A stretch of 64,000 bases of DNA. Origin: Pseudomonadota bacterium. Lineage in GTDB: Bacteria > Pseudomonadota > Gammaproteobacteria > Burkholderiales > JBEEJL01. Shown one piece after another: positions 10,107 to 19,534 of this stretch. A program made the translations under genes and the position numbers. The stretch lies in the NCBI GenBank assembly GCA_043744215.1, contig JAYTVC010000012.1:19246-83245 (forward strand), given 5' to 3'. The notes below the pieces were generated by a model. It ran no database searches. It saw only the letters and a list, made by a program, of their open reading frames with translations, and was not told the origin of the DNA. Positions within the stretch are counted from its first letter, which is position 1. Each line of letters begins with the position of its first letter.

Positions 10107-13100
10107 TTAAAACTCCACTTTCAATCCCAACGAAAATTTATCTTCCTTAAAATTTCTCTTTTTGAATAATTTTTCAAAATCAAAAAATCCCGTTACGCCT
10201 TTGCCAAATTGCGCTGATACACCGAGCGCTGCGTTGCCAAAGCTGTCGTCCTTGTTCAGGTCAGGGTCTACCTGCAATTGCACCGAGCTGCCCACGGCTT
10301 GTGCATTAACCATCGCCGCGCTTTGAGTTTGCTTCTGGGTTTCAATCCGCAGATGCGGCACCAGCACACCGAAACTTGTACTGGCGGTGTATTGTAATTC
10401 ACCCCCCAGCGTCATCAGACTTGCCGTAAGTTCCTGATCACCTACCGATATAGGTTCCGTACCCTTTTCCACGTAAGCCTTAACATTCGACTTGATGGAG
10501 TCGTAGCGTGCATAGGGCGTGAACACCCAGGCGCCTTGACGAAAATCATAGCCGGCTGTGAATGAAAACGCGACGCCTTTTCCTTTGGTGTTAGCGAAAG
10601 CTGTGCCACCAACAGGCTCAGTGCGCTGCAGATCGTATTGACTATTGCCCGTGGTGAGCGCCACATCAATAAAGCCGTTGTCACCCGGGGCAAACGAACC
10701 GTAAGCGACAAGACTATACCCTGCCGTCTCCTGTTTGCCTGCGTCGCCGGCTAAATCGGTGGTGGATTTCATTGAACCGAATGCGGTACCCATCGCGGAT
10801 TTTTTGCCCAGGCGATAATCGCCACCCATCGTAATTCCGTTTGTGTTGATATTGATGCCCGTTAAATTGTTTTCCGTGACGTTAAATCCGCCAATAATGA
10901 ATGTACCCCAACGACCGGTTTTAGTGTCTCGCGTTTTTTCTTCGCAGGCGTCTTGATTGCCGGCGCCGCCTTTGCCTCCCGACGACCCACAGCCGGCTGC
11001 ACCGCCTCCATCACCCGGAAGCGGCACATTCTTGCCTCCCACGGAAACGTCAATGTCCCGGTTGAAATCTGCGCTCCACTCTTGCGAACGTAAATACCGC
11101 GCGCGTCGATTGATGTTGGCAAGCTGGGTCTGCAAACCGATTTTCATTGCCAATAAATTGGCACTTGCTTGTTTACCGACGATTTGTTGCACTTGTATAG
11201 GCGTCATCGTAAGCGGCCCTGCGCCTATTGCAGCACCGCTGATATTGATCGAGCGCGGGCTGCCGCCTGCATTATCTTCAATAATCAACAACCCACTGCG
11301 TACACCTACGGCCGATGGTTTGAACGTAATATTTATCGCGCATGTCGAATTGGCCGTTAAGGTAGCAGGGCAATTATTAGTTTGAGAAAAATCGGTGCTG
11401 GAGATGCTGATGGCCGTAATTCTCAGATCCGCAGTACCGCTGTTTTTAAGGGCCACACTATTTTGCGTTGACGTTCCGATTACAGCTTGACTGAAACTCA
11501 AATTTACCGGAGTGAGCGTTACAACCGCAGAGGGTGTTACCACCCCCGCGCCGCTCAAGGAAATAGTTCGCGCGCCGCCAGCTGCGTTGTCGTTAAGTGT
11601 GATGGTGCCAACTATATTGCCTGCGACTGTCGGTTGAAATGTCACACTGATCGTGCAGGAGGCGCTCGGCACAATGGCTTGCGTACAAGTATTGGTTTGC
11701 TTGAAATCTCCAGCACTTACTACAACGCTCGATACCGTCAATACCGCGGTGCCCGTATTGGAAATGGTGATATTTTGTACGCTCGTGGCGCCGATTGGCG
11801 TTGCCGCAAATACCAAGCTGGCGACAGAAATTGACACAACTGGCGCAGAACCTGTTCCGCTTAACGGCACGGTACGCGGGCTGCCGCCTGCATTGTCGGT
11901 GATAGAAATACTGCCCAATTGAGATCCTGCTGCTACCGGTGTGAAGCTCACGCTAACGCTACATGTTCCATTCGGCGCAATGGCCTGCGTGCAGGTATTG
12001 GTTTGGGTGAAAGCTGTGCTAGCAACAATGCTGGTAACAGTGAGCGCCGCGCTTCCGCTGTTGGTTACGGTAATAGTTTTGATTACGCTCGTTGTACCAA
12101 GAGCAGTGCTGAAGGCGAGCGTTGCAGGTGCCAGACTAACAGCAGGGCTGGTAACGTTTGCACCGGTGCCCGACAATGTTATGCCATGCGGACTGCCGCT
12201 GGCGTTATCGGTGATTGTAATAACCCCATTGCGCGCGCCCGTAGCGGTGGGCAAGAATTTTACGCTGATGATGCAATTGGCGTTGGGTGCCAAGGGCTGA
12301 GTGCAGTTATTGGTTTGTGCGTAATCGCCAGTGAGAGCGATATTGGAAATACTGAGGCTGGCCGTACCAGAATTACTAACGGTGATGGTTTGCGCTGTGC
12401 TGGTGGTATTGATCGAGGTGGAAGTAAAGACCAACGCTGTTGGCGCGAAATTTATAATTGGGCTTAAAGGGGCAACTCCCGTACCGGTCAGATTCACGAC
12501 ATGCGGGCTGCCTGGTGCATTGTCCACGAGGGTGAGCGTGCCGGCATTCGACCCCACCGCCGCAGGTGAAAACGAAATGTTATAGCTGCATGATGCGTTG
12601 GGTGCGATACCCCCTTGCGGGCAATCTGTGGTAAATGTGTAGTTGGCCGTGATTGCGACGCTTGTGAATATTAAATTGGCGTTGCCGCTATTGGTGACTG
12701 TCACCGTCTTGACGGCTGACGTTGTTCCGACTGTTGCGGAAAAACTTAAAGTCGTTGGCGACAAGACAATACCCGCAGCAGTGCCAGTGCCACTCAACGT
12801 AATAGTGCGCGGGCTGCCGCCCGCGTTGTCAGAGATGGTAATCGTCCCTGCACGGACGCCTGGTGCGGGCGGTGTAAAAGTTACGTTGATAGAACATGTA
12901 CCGTTGGGCGCAATGGCCGCCGCACAGGTATTGGTTTGCGCATAGTCGGCACTGGCGATAATGCTCGAGATGGATAACGCAGCCGTGCCGCTATTGGTCA
13001 CCGTCAAGGTTTGTGCGGCTGTCGTTACAGCGACAGGCGAAGTAAAACTCAAACTGGTTTGTGACAAGCCCACGATCGGCGCCAGCACACCTGTGGTTAG

Positions 13101-14999
13101 GCCATTCAACGCAACGCTGCGAGGGCTTCCGCCAGCATTATCACTAATAGTAATTGCACCGTTGCGCGTGCCCGCTACTGTGGGTGTGAAAGTGACGGTG
13201 ATGGTGCATGTCCCATTGGGCGCAATGGCCTGCGTGCAATTGTTGGTTTGTGCGTAATCGCCAGTCGCAGCGACAGTTGCTACTGTGAGCGTTGCAGTAC
13301 CGCTATTAGTGACGGTGATGGTTTGCGCTGGGCTGGTTGTGCCGACGATAGCCGTAAAACTCAGACTTGTATTGGAAAGAGTTACGACTGGCGCTGTCCC
13401 GGTACCGCTTAACGCAATAAGTGTGGATCCGCTGCCTGCATTGCTGGCTAAGGTGAGCGCTCCATTGCGAGCGCCCGTTGCTGTCGGCGCAAACAATACG
13501 CTAATCGTGCATGTACCATTCGGAGCGATAGCCTGCGTGCAAGTATTGGTCTGGGTGAAATCACCGCTGGCTGCGATGCTTGTGAATATTAAATTGGCGT
13601 TGCCGCTATTGGTGACGGTCACGTTTTGTAAGGCTGCGTTAGAACCGACGGGGGTTGAGGCAAAGCTAAGCGAAGCATTCGACAATGATATTGCGGCGGC
13701 CGTCCCTGTACCACTTAATGCCACGCTGTGAGGGTTGCCAAGCGCACTGTCTTTCACGCTAATGCTGCCAGAGCGCACGCCCGTGATAGTCGGTGTAAAA
13801 CTCACAATAATGGCGCATGTACCACCGGGTGCAATACTCGTCGGGCAATTATTGGTTTGCGCAAAATCGCCGTTTGCGGTGATGCTGGAAATCGTCAGGT
13901 TCGCTGTCCCTGTATTGCTTAGGGTAATAGTCTGGGTAGTGCTAGAGGTGTTTAAGGCAGTTGCGCTAAAGGTAAGCGCTGAAGGGGAAAATCCAATCGA
14001 CTCGGCCAGCCCGACACCAGCTAACGCGACGCTATGCGGGCTACCTGCCGCATTATTGGAGATATTCAGACTACCTGATCGGTTGCCCGCTGCGGTTGGC
14101 GTAAACGTAACCAGCAAAGTACATGCGCCACCTGGCGCAACAGGCTGGCTGCAATTATTCGCCGTCACGCTGAAATCACCCGTGGCGGCAGCGCTCGATA
14201 CAACTAAATTGGCACTGCCTAAATTGTTCACCAACAAAGATAACGTACTACTGGAACCCAATACAGTGTTCGGAAAATTTAGATTAGACTGCACCTTAAT
14301 GAGCGGTGCCGGGACCACTCCAGTACCGCTCAAACTAACAGTGTGCGGGCTGCCAGGCGCATTGTCCGAAATGGTGAGGGTTCCTGCTAGCACACCAACA
14401 GCGGTGGGATTAAATGTAACCGTAATCGTACAGCCGCCTTTAGTACCTGGTGGGATATTTACAGATAAACAGTTATTGGTTTGACTGAAATCCCCCGACG
14501 CCGTGACAGAAGTCACCACAAGATCTGCAGTGCCAGTATTGTCGATAAATACCGATTGCGGGGCACTTTGAGCGCCAACTGTGGTGTCGGGAAAGACCAA
14601 ATTACTTGGCGACACGGAAATTGACGGCGCGGTGGGCGGTGGGTTAACAACAAAAGTCGCCGAACCTGCAGAATTTAACAGTGTATTAAAAACATTTACC
14701 TGTTGATTTCCCAGCGCTGCGCTAACAACAGTCAATGTTAATTGCGATCCTCCATTGCCGGTAGCTGCGCTGTAACTTCCACCAAAGACACTAAAAATAT
14801 AGGAATTGCCACCGTCCGTTGCGCCTGTATCGCTGACACAACTGGCGCTGAAGAATATCGATTGGCCAAGCTCAACCGGATTGGGCGTGGCTTGCACAGA
14901 GCAAGATCCTAATGCGAAAACTGGCCCGCAAAAAAAACTGGCGCTAAAAAAAATTAGGTGGCCGAGCAAAATTCGAAGCATATTTTTCTTCGTTTTCAT
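10107..14999 (-). CDS. giant autotransporter-type adhesin with 11 Ig-like (ASH / choice-of-anchor-D-like) repeats
   Basis: ATG at 14999 gives the signal peptide MKTKKNMLRILLGHLIFFSASFFCGPVFALG (the track ORF opens at 15032). Eleven ~103-aa repeats are followed by a linker and a barrel paralogous to the 8224 gene, ending in KVEF. Confidence 0.8.
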   Translation of the reverse strand: MKTKKNMLRILLGHLIFFSASFFCGPVFALGSCSVQATPNPVELGQSIFFSASCVSDTGATDGGNSYIFSVFGGSYSAATGNGGSQLTLTVVSAALGNQQVNVFNTLLNSAGSATFVVNPPPTAPSISVSPSNLVFPDTTVGAQSAPQSVFIDNTGTADLVVTSVTASGDFSQTNNCLSVNIPPGTKGGCTITVTFNPTAVGVLAGTLTISDNAPGSPHTVSLSGTGVVPAPLIKVQSNLNFPNTVLGSSSTLSLLVNNLGSANLVVSSAAATGDFSVTANNCSQPVAPGGACTLLVTFTPTAAGNRSGSLNISNNAAGSPHSVALAGVGLAESIGFSPSALTFSATALNTSSTTQTITLSNTGTANLTISSITANGDFAQTNNCPTSIAPGGTCAIIVSFTPTITGVRSGSISVKDSALGNPHSVALSGTGTAAAISLSNASLSFASTPVGSNAALQNVTVTNSGNANLIFTSIAASGDFTQTNTCTQAIAPNGTCTISVLFAPTATGARNGALTLASNAGSGSTLIALSGTGTAPVVTLSNTSLSFTAIVGTTSPAQTITVTNSGTATLTVATVAATGDYAQTNNCTQAIAPNGTCTITVTFTPTVAGTRNGAITISDNAGGSPRSVALNGLTTGVLAPIVGLSQTSLSFTSPVAVTTAAQTLTVTNSGTAALSISSIIASADYAQTNTCAAAIAPNGTCSINVTFTPPAPGVRAGTITISDNAGGSPRTITLSGTGTAAGIVLSPTTLSFSATVGTTSAVKTVTVTNSGNANLIFTSVAITANYTFTTDCPQGGIAPNASCSYNISFSPAAVGSNAGTLTLVDNAPGSPHVVNLTGTGVAPLSPIINFAPTALVFTSTSINTTSTAQTITVSNSGTASLSISNIALTGDYAQTNNCTQPLAPNANCIISVKFLPTATGARNGVITITDNASGSPHGITLSGTGANVTSPAVSLAPATLAFSTALGTTSVIKTITVTNSGSAALTVTSIVASTAFTQTNTCTQAIAPNGTCSVSVSFTPVAAGSQLGSISITDNAGGSPRTVPLSGTGSAPVVSISVASLVFAATPIGATSVQNITISNTGTAVLTVSSVVVSAGDFKQTNTCTQAIVPSASCTISVTFQPTVAGNIVGTITLNDNAAGGARTISLSGAGVVTPSAVVTLTPVNLSFSQAVIGTSTQNSVALKNSGTADLRITAISISSTDFSQTNNCPATLTANSTCAINITFKPSAVGVRSGLLIIEDNAGGSPRSINISGAAIGAGPLTMTPIQVQQIVGKQASANLLAMKIGLQTQLANINRRARYLRSQEWSADFNRDIDVSVGGKNVPLPGDGGGAAGCGSSGGKGGAGNQDACEEKTRDTKTGRWGTFIIGGFNVTENNLTGININTNGITMGGDYRLGKKSAMGTAFGSMKSTTDLAGDAGKQETAGYSLVAYGSFAPGDNGFIDVALTTGNSQYDLQRTEPVGGTAFANTKGKGVAFSFTAGYDFRQGAWVFTPYARYDSIKSNVKAYVEKGTEPISVGDQELTASLMTLGGELQYTASTSFGVLVPHLRIETQKQTQSAAMVNAQAVGSSVQLQVDPDLNKDDSFGNAALGVSAQFGKGVTGFFDFEKLFKKRNFKEDKFSLGLKVEF
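11230..14630 (-). repeat. in-frame tandem array, 11 x ~309 bp
   Basis: Each unit encodes ...L.F....G..S..Q.ITV.NSG.A.L.I.S...GD..QTN.C....AP.G.C.I.V.F.P...G.R.G...I.DNAGGSP....L.G.G. Boundaries were derived from my residue counts. Confidence 0.8.
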
Positions 15000-15054
15000 A
15001 ATGCTTCTCTCTAAATAAAAATGAATATCCATCCGATCAAATAGATACGTCGTC

Positions 15055-16671
15055 TTAATTCACTGGTACAAACAGAAAATCTCCCGCTTCATGCCCTGCG
15101 TACTTTATCGGGGCGTAATCGGGACGTTGCGTTACCTTTAAACGTGTGGCGCGATATAAAAATCGTGCGGACAGTTCTGCGTGAACTTTGCGCGCCTCGA
15201 TTGGCTCCTTCACGACGTTCAACACCTCGAGAAAACTTTTGGCGAACATGGAATTTTTTCCGCCACCGCCATCGACGACGGGTTCTAATCCGCCTGACGT
15301 GAGCGCAACCCGGGCTTTATTTTTGCCGAGGGCGGCGAGCACGGCGCGGCGCGCTTCTTCGCTGATTTCGTTTTCCGAATGGGTCAGCGCGGCACGGGTC
15401 ATGGTACCGGCATAGCAGGAATCGGCGATGACCAGAATATGTTTGGCCGGCATGGCGATGAGCTGGTCGGTGATGTCGATAATGGAAATCCAGTTGGTGA
15501 CATTTTTTTGCTCGCCGTCAATGGGAATCCAATAGCCGCGTTGGTTCACCGCGTCGATTTCGCCGTGGCCAGCGTAATACACCAGCAGATTATCGTTGGC
15601 CGAAAGACGATTGCGCAAGTCATTGAGCGCCAGCAAAATGTCGCGTCGCGTGGCGTCTTGCAACAAAGTCACTTTGAAACCATAACGCGTTTCCAAAATA
15701 TTTTTTACGTCGCGGCCATCCGCAAGGGGCGTGTCGAGTTTTTCGTATTTGCGGTAATTCTGGTTGGCGATGACCAGCGCGTAGTAATTGCCCGACGGCG
15801 TGAGGTCCGCCTTGCTCGGGAAGCCGGGTAAGGGCGCGGGCTCGTTCGATGTTGATTCGCTTTTAATCAAGGTGAGCTCGGCATTGGCGCGCTGGCCTTG
15901 CTTGTCGATGGCGACAATTTTTACCTGCACCGGGCCGGCCGTTAAGTCGATGGCGGCCTTAAACAAGCCGTTATCGTCAAAGCTTTCTTGTTTCTCATTC
16001 ACCAGCAATGATGCGAGACCTGCGGGCGCGGTCACTTTGCCGATGAGATCGCGCGTGGGCAGCGTACCGCGCACGCGCACTATCGGTGCTGTGCCACGGG
16101 TTTTGACAGACGACAATACGACGGCGGGTTCGATAATTTGAATGGACGGCACTTCCATATTGCTGCGGACGCCGCCAGCCATGCGAAATAGATCCTGCGC
16201 CTTGGCCGAATCGCGCTTGACGCCGAGACCGCGCTCATACAACGCGCCCAGATTCACTTGCGCACGGGCATATTTTTTATCGGCCGCTTTTTGATACCAC
16301 TGGGCGGCGGCAAAATAATCCGGCGCGCCGGCAATGCCTTTTTCGTACAATTCGCCAACATTAGTCTGCGCATCTTCATCGTCCGCATGGGCAAACGGCA
16401 GCCAGATATTCAGCGCTGCGGCAGGATTAGTGTTAGATGACACATACTCACCACCCTTTTGTTCGCAATCGGCAATGGTGGTTTTGAGCGCGCGGCGGGG
16501 GGTGACGCCCGACTGATAAGCGCCGAGCTTGCGCACCTGGCCGGGTATAAGGCAATCGACCACGAGTAGTTTGTTTTCGTCATTGGTGGTGGCTGGCAGA
16601 TCGGCACAACTCGCAGCGAATACGGCCATCAACAGTACCATCACAAAATAATATTTGGGTTGTTGTTTCAT
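15055..16671 (-). CDS. exported lipoprotein with Sel1 repeats and a C-terminal caspase-fold (peptidase C14) domain
   Basis: Lipobox FAASC. Sel1-like AAQWYQKAADKKYARAQVNLGALYERGLGV. C14 dyad contexts LLVYYAGHG (His) and VIADSCYAG (Cys). Confidence 0.8.
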   Translation of the reverse strand: MKQQPKYYFVMVLLMAVFAASCADLPATTNDENKLLVVDCLIPGQVRKLGAYQSGVTPRRALKTTIADCEQKGGEYVSSNTNPAAALNIWLPFAHADDEDAQTNVGELYEKGIAGAPDYFAAAQWYQKAADKKYARAQVNLGALYERGLGVKRDSAKAQDLFRMAGGVRSNMEVPSIQIIEPAVVLSSVKTRGTAPIVRVRGTLPTRDLIGKVTAPAGLASLLVNEKQESFDDNGLFKAAIDLTAGPVQVKIVAIDKQGQRANAELTLIKSESTSNEPAPLPGFPSKADLTPSGNYYALVIANQNYRKYEKLDTPLADGRDVKNILETRYGFKVTLLQDATRRDILLALNDLRNRLSANDNLLVYYAGHGEIDAVNQRGYWIPIDGEQKNVTNWISIIDITDQLIAMPAKHILVIADSCYAGTMTRAALTHSENEISEEARRAVLAALGKNKARVALTSGGLEPVVDGGGGKNSMFAKSFLEVLNVVKEPIEARKVHAELSARFLYRATRLKVTQRPDYAPIKYAGHEAGDFLFVPVN

Positions 16672-16745
16672 GCTGCGCTCGCTGCCGAAGATTACGTTGA
16701 GTGGAGGGTGACGAACTACCGATGAAATGTAATCGCCCGCGCAAA

Positions 16746-17474
16746 TTACTTGCGGCTGGAATTGATGATGACTTCTGATGCGCCTTCGACAGGGCCTCTT
16801 CGAGCTTGCTCGACGCCGTCAAGCGTAATACTGCTTGTGCCACGGGCACTGGTGAATGCCTGCCGGATACGGCCTCCAGTATAACGGATGCTGCCTGCAC
16901 CGCTAGTATCTGCCCACAGGTTTTCCACTGCGCCGCCTTTGATGGTAATGTCGCCCGCGCCATCGATGGCTGTACGCACGTCTTTCGTTGCTTCGATAAG
17001 CTCGATAGCGCCCGCGCCCTTTACGCGCAGGCGAGACGGCCCGAGGCGCTTGGCTTTGATGTGCCCTGTGCTGACCGACAAATCTGCCGGGCCGTTCATC
17101 GAGTCGATGTCAGCCTTGCCTACAAAACCGATGGCTTGTAGCGCAGTATCCGCCGGCACTTTGACCGTCAGATCGGCAGACTCTTCGATTGGGCTGAAGC
17201 TACCTGATCTATTCAAAGCTACATTCTTCTCTTGATAACTCACGCGCAGCACACCTTGATTGACCATCGCTTCTAATGCTTGCTGGTTGCCGCGTTTCAA
17301 TTGCAACAAGATGGTTTTTCCGGCATGGGATTCAATATTTATTTTTCCGTTGAAGCCGGAGAAATCCAGTGTGGTCGCATTGAACTGGCTCGTCGCCTGC
17401 GCATAAGTCCACGGACTCGCGCTGGCCAAAATCAGCGTTGTCAACATCCATAATTTATAGTGCATTTTTCTCAC
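16746..17474 (-). CDS. exported GIN/DUF2807-like (adhesin-head-like) protein
   Basis: Signal peptide ending in AQA, then repeated G.G.I...G beta-helix-like segments. The family assignment is by eye only. Confidence 0.45.
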   Translation of the reverse strand: MRKMHYKLWMLTTLILASASPWTYAQATSQFNATTLDFSGFNGKINIESHAGKTILLQLKRGNQQALEAMVNQGVLRVSYQEKNVALNRSGSFSPIEESADLTVKVPADTALQAIGFVGKADIDSMNGPADLSVSTGHIKAKRLGPSRLRVKGAGAIELIEATKDVRTAIDGAGDITIKGGAVENLWADTSGAGSIRYTGGRIRQAFTSARGTSSITLDGVEQARRGPVEGASEVIINSSRK

Positions 17475-17549
17475 AATTTTTTTGTATACCTAATAATTTT
17501 GCAAAATAAATTCAGCAGGGCTGCTATTTTCCCGCATTGCCGGATTTTT

Positions 17550-17573
17550 CATAACTATTTGATTATAAACAGT
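17550..17573 (+). repeat. 24-bp AT-rich dispersed motif copy (degenerate)
   Basis: CATAACTATTTGATTATAAACAGT. The reverse complement keeps AATCAAATAGTTA. Lies 15 nt before the 12-bp stem-loop. Confidence 0.55.
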
Positions 17574-17588
17574 TTTTAAGGTTGTTTT

Positions 17589-17616
17589 GGCACAGGCGAG
17601 TTGCCTCGCCTGTGCC
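17589..17616. other. 12-bp GC-rich stem-loop after the lipase-like gene (no U-tract in the gene direction)
   Basis: GGCACAGGCGAG-ttgc-CTCGCCTGTGCC. Confidence 0.7.
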
Positions 17617-17643
17617 ACGCTGTCAGAATGTTTTGCGCAGGTC

Positions 17644-18963
17644 TCAATTCGCCGTAAACGAATAAACGCCCGCCTCATTTTTACTGACCACGACGTCAAG
17701 AACGGGCGTGGGGCTTGCGTTGCCATCCTTGCCGTTTTCAGCGCCTACATCTACGGTTTTGGTTAGCAGGGTTCCGCCCTTCGATGTCGACACTTGAACC
17801 GTTGCCTTGCGTCCTGCCCCGTTAGTGAAATGGTTAATGCCCATACGGTAGGTGCCTGTCTGGATGACCGCGGGGTCGCACGACACGTAATAGTGTTCGG
17901 GGCCGTCTGCGATGGTGTTGTCCACATCGAGAAAGCCTGCATCACCTGCTCGGGATTCATAATAGACATGCGCGCCGCTGGGTTCGAAGGTGTGCAGATC
18001 GAGATCGCCGAGGCCATCCCACGTTAATGTCACGCTGAACGCGCCCGGTGTGCCCGACGTAGGGGGTGACGCGAGGGCCTGCATGGCGGTGGTGATCATC
18101 GTATCGACTAGGTTGCGTGCCGCCCGCGTGGGATCAAGGTAAGTTTCCACCAGGCCATGGCCGGACAGGTCGGATACCGACACAGGCAAAATAATATTGA
18201 TCGGCGGCACGGAACCCGCCCCTTGAATACGCAAGCTGTTGATCACCAGATCGATATCGGCCAGCAGATAATCGCCGCGCAAGGTCGGCGATGCCGGTGC
18301 GACGTGCACTGCCTTCACACTTGCCTCACCGACCTTGGGGGAAATATGGTCATACGCATGGTTCATAAACAGATTGCCCTGCGAATGGGCCACGAGCATC
18401 AGTTTCTGTTGTTGCACGGCCAGCGCATCGAGGCGGGTGTTATGCTCGTTGTAGTCCGCTTCTGTCGGTGGGTTACTGAGCAGGCTGGATAGTGCGGCCA
18501 TGGTCTTCGTGGCAATGTCGGTGTATAGCTGCGAAAAAAATCGGCTAATATTGGGAATGAATCCTGTTAATTTATCCGTCAAAGGTTTATCGAATGTGAG
18601 ACTCTCCCAAAAAAATTCCCATCGATTTCCCAGCTCTCCGCTCGCATCAATTTCTGCGGCGCGTTGCATAAATGTTTCGGCGAGATCCTGTAAGAGCGTT
18701 GCGCCTGCTGTGGAACCGGTGTGGTTGTAAAACACTTCATACTGTACGGGCTCGTTGTTGAACTTTGTGCCGCGCATGCTCTCCAGCTTCGCCAGAGCCG
18801 CCTTTGCTTGAAACTCTGTATTCCCCACCCCGTTAAAATACCCCAGGGTATAACCTGTGGCCAAGCAAAGATCCGTATCAGCGGCGACGGAAACTATGGG
18901 TGAAGAAGCAGCGGCTAAGCAAAAAGCGGCTGATAACAAATATTTTTTCAGATTAGTTAACAC
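17644..18963 (-). CDS. exported alpha/beta-hydrolase (lipase-like) with a C-terminal beta-sandwich domain
   Basis: Signal peptide and the nucleophile elbow VAHSQGN (GxSxG). The C-terminal ~120 aa (LTWDGLGDLDLHTFEPSGAHVYY...VDNTIADGPEHY) resembles the DUF2135/YfaP-type domain. GTG start overlaps the upstream stop. Confidence 0.6.
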   Translation of the reverse strand: MLTNLKKYLLSAAFCLAAASSPIVSVAADTDLCLATGYTLGYFNGVGNTEFQAKAALAKLESMRGTKFNNEPVQYEVFYNHTGSTAGATLLQDLAETFMQRAAEIDASGELGNRWEFFWESLTFDKPLTDKLTGFIPNISRFFSQLYTDIATKTMAALSSLLSNPPTEADYNEHNTRLDALAVQQQKLMLVAHSQGNLFMNHAYDHISPKVGEASVKAVHVAPASPTLRGDYLLADIDLVINSLRIQGAGSVPPINIILPVSVSDLSGHGLVETYLDPTRAARNLVDTMITTAMQALASPPTSGTPGAFSVTLTWDGLGDLDLHTFEPSGAHVYYESRAGDAGFLDVDNTIADGPEHYYVSCDPAVIQTGTYRMGINHFTNGAGRKATVQVSTSKGGTLLTKTVDVGAENGKDGNASPTPVLDVVVSKNEAGVYSFTAN

Positions 18964-19498
18964 AGCCGCCTCCTTGAGGTAAAACCATGCTCTTGCCGTT
19001 CATGGCGGAGTTGTATTTTTCGTAGGCCAGAAAGCGAATTTTGGTATTCACGGTGTATTTTTCTATTTCACGGCTTTTTTTGCTCGCTGCAGTCGTGTCG
19101 TAGCGAGCGTATAAGCAACTGGCCGCGGCGGATAGTTGATTGGATACCGCACGTAACGCGCTCTGATTGGTAATGTCGACTGTCAACGCGTTGGCTAAAG
19201 CAATGGCGGTTTGTCTCATCGCAGCTTTCTGCACCGGCGTATCCGGCAGAGCGGCGATATAGGCGTCGATATCATCTCGAATGCCGTTTGCGTCAGTGTC
19301 GGGCCCAGACACCGTCGAGTCGCGATTGAGCGTCGGGAATGCACCCGATTGATCGCCGCTTTTGAGGGCTTGCGCAACCGTCATATCCGGTGCTGATGGG
19401 GTTTGCGCGGTTGTGGATGGATTACCGCTGCCACCGCAGGCAGAAAGTAACAACGACACCCATATAGCCAAACACTTTTTATTCCGAGCTTTGAACAT
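18953..19498 (-). CDS. lipoprotein with a DxDxDG calcium-binding-like motif
   Basis: ATG at 19498 with a GGAG RBS, lipobox LLSAC, and DTDANGIRDDID. The track ORF opens 14 codons earlier. Confidence 0.6.
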   Translation of the reverse strand: MFKARNKKCLAIWVSLLLSACGGSGNPSTTAQTPSAPDMTVAQALKSGDQSGAFPTLNRDSTVSGPDTDANGIRDDIDAYIAALPDTPVQKAAMRQTAIALANALTVDITNQSALRAVSNQLSAAASCLYARYDTTAASKKSREIEKYTVNTKIRFLAYEKYNSAMNGKSMVLPQGGGCVN

Positions 19499-19534
19499 TT
19501 TCGTCTCCTGAGTAGGCAGCTTGCCCGTGTAATA

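Noticed and set aside
10957-14484. Many plus-strand ORFs of 60-250 aa listed by the track inside the giant autotransporter gene.
   Set aside because: They are antisense shadows of a long repetitive minus-strand CDS. Their products are low-complexity (V/A/L/P-rich) and they repeat with the same ~309-bp period.
11230-14630. The regular ~309-bp periodicity could suggest a CRISPR-like or satellite array.
   Set aside because: The units are contiguous, have no unique spacers, are far longer than CRISPR repeats, and keep one open reading frame that encodes a protein-domain repeat.
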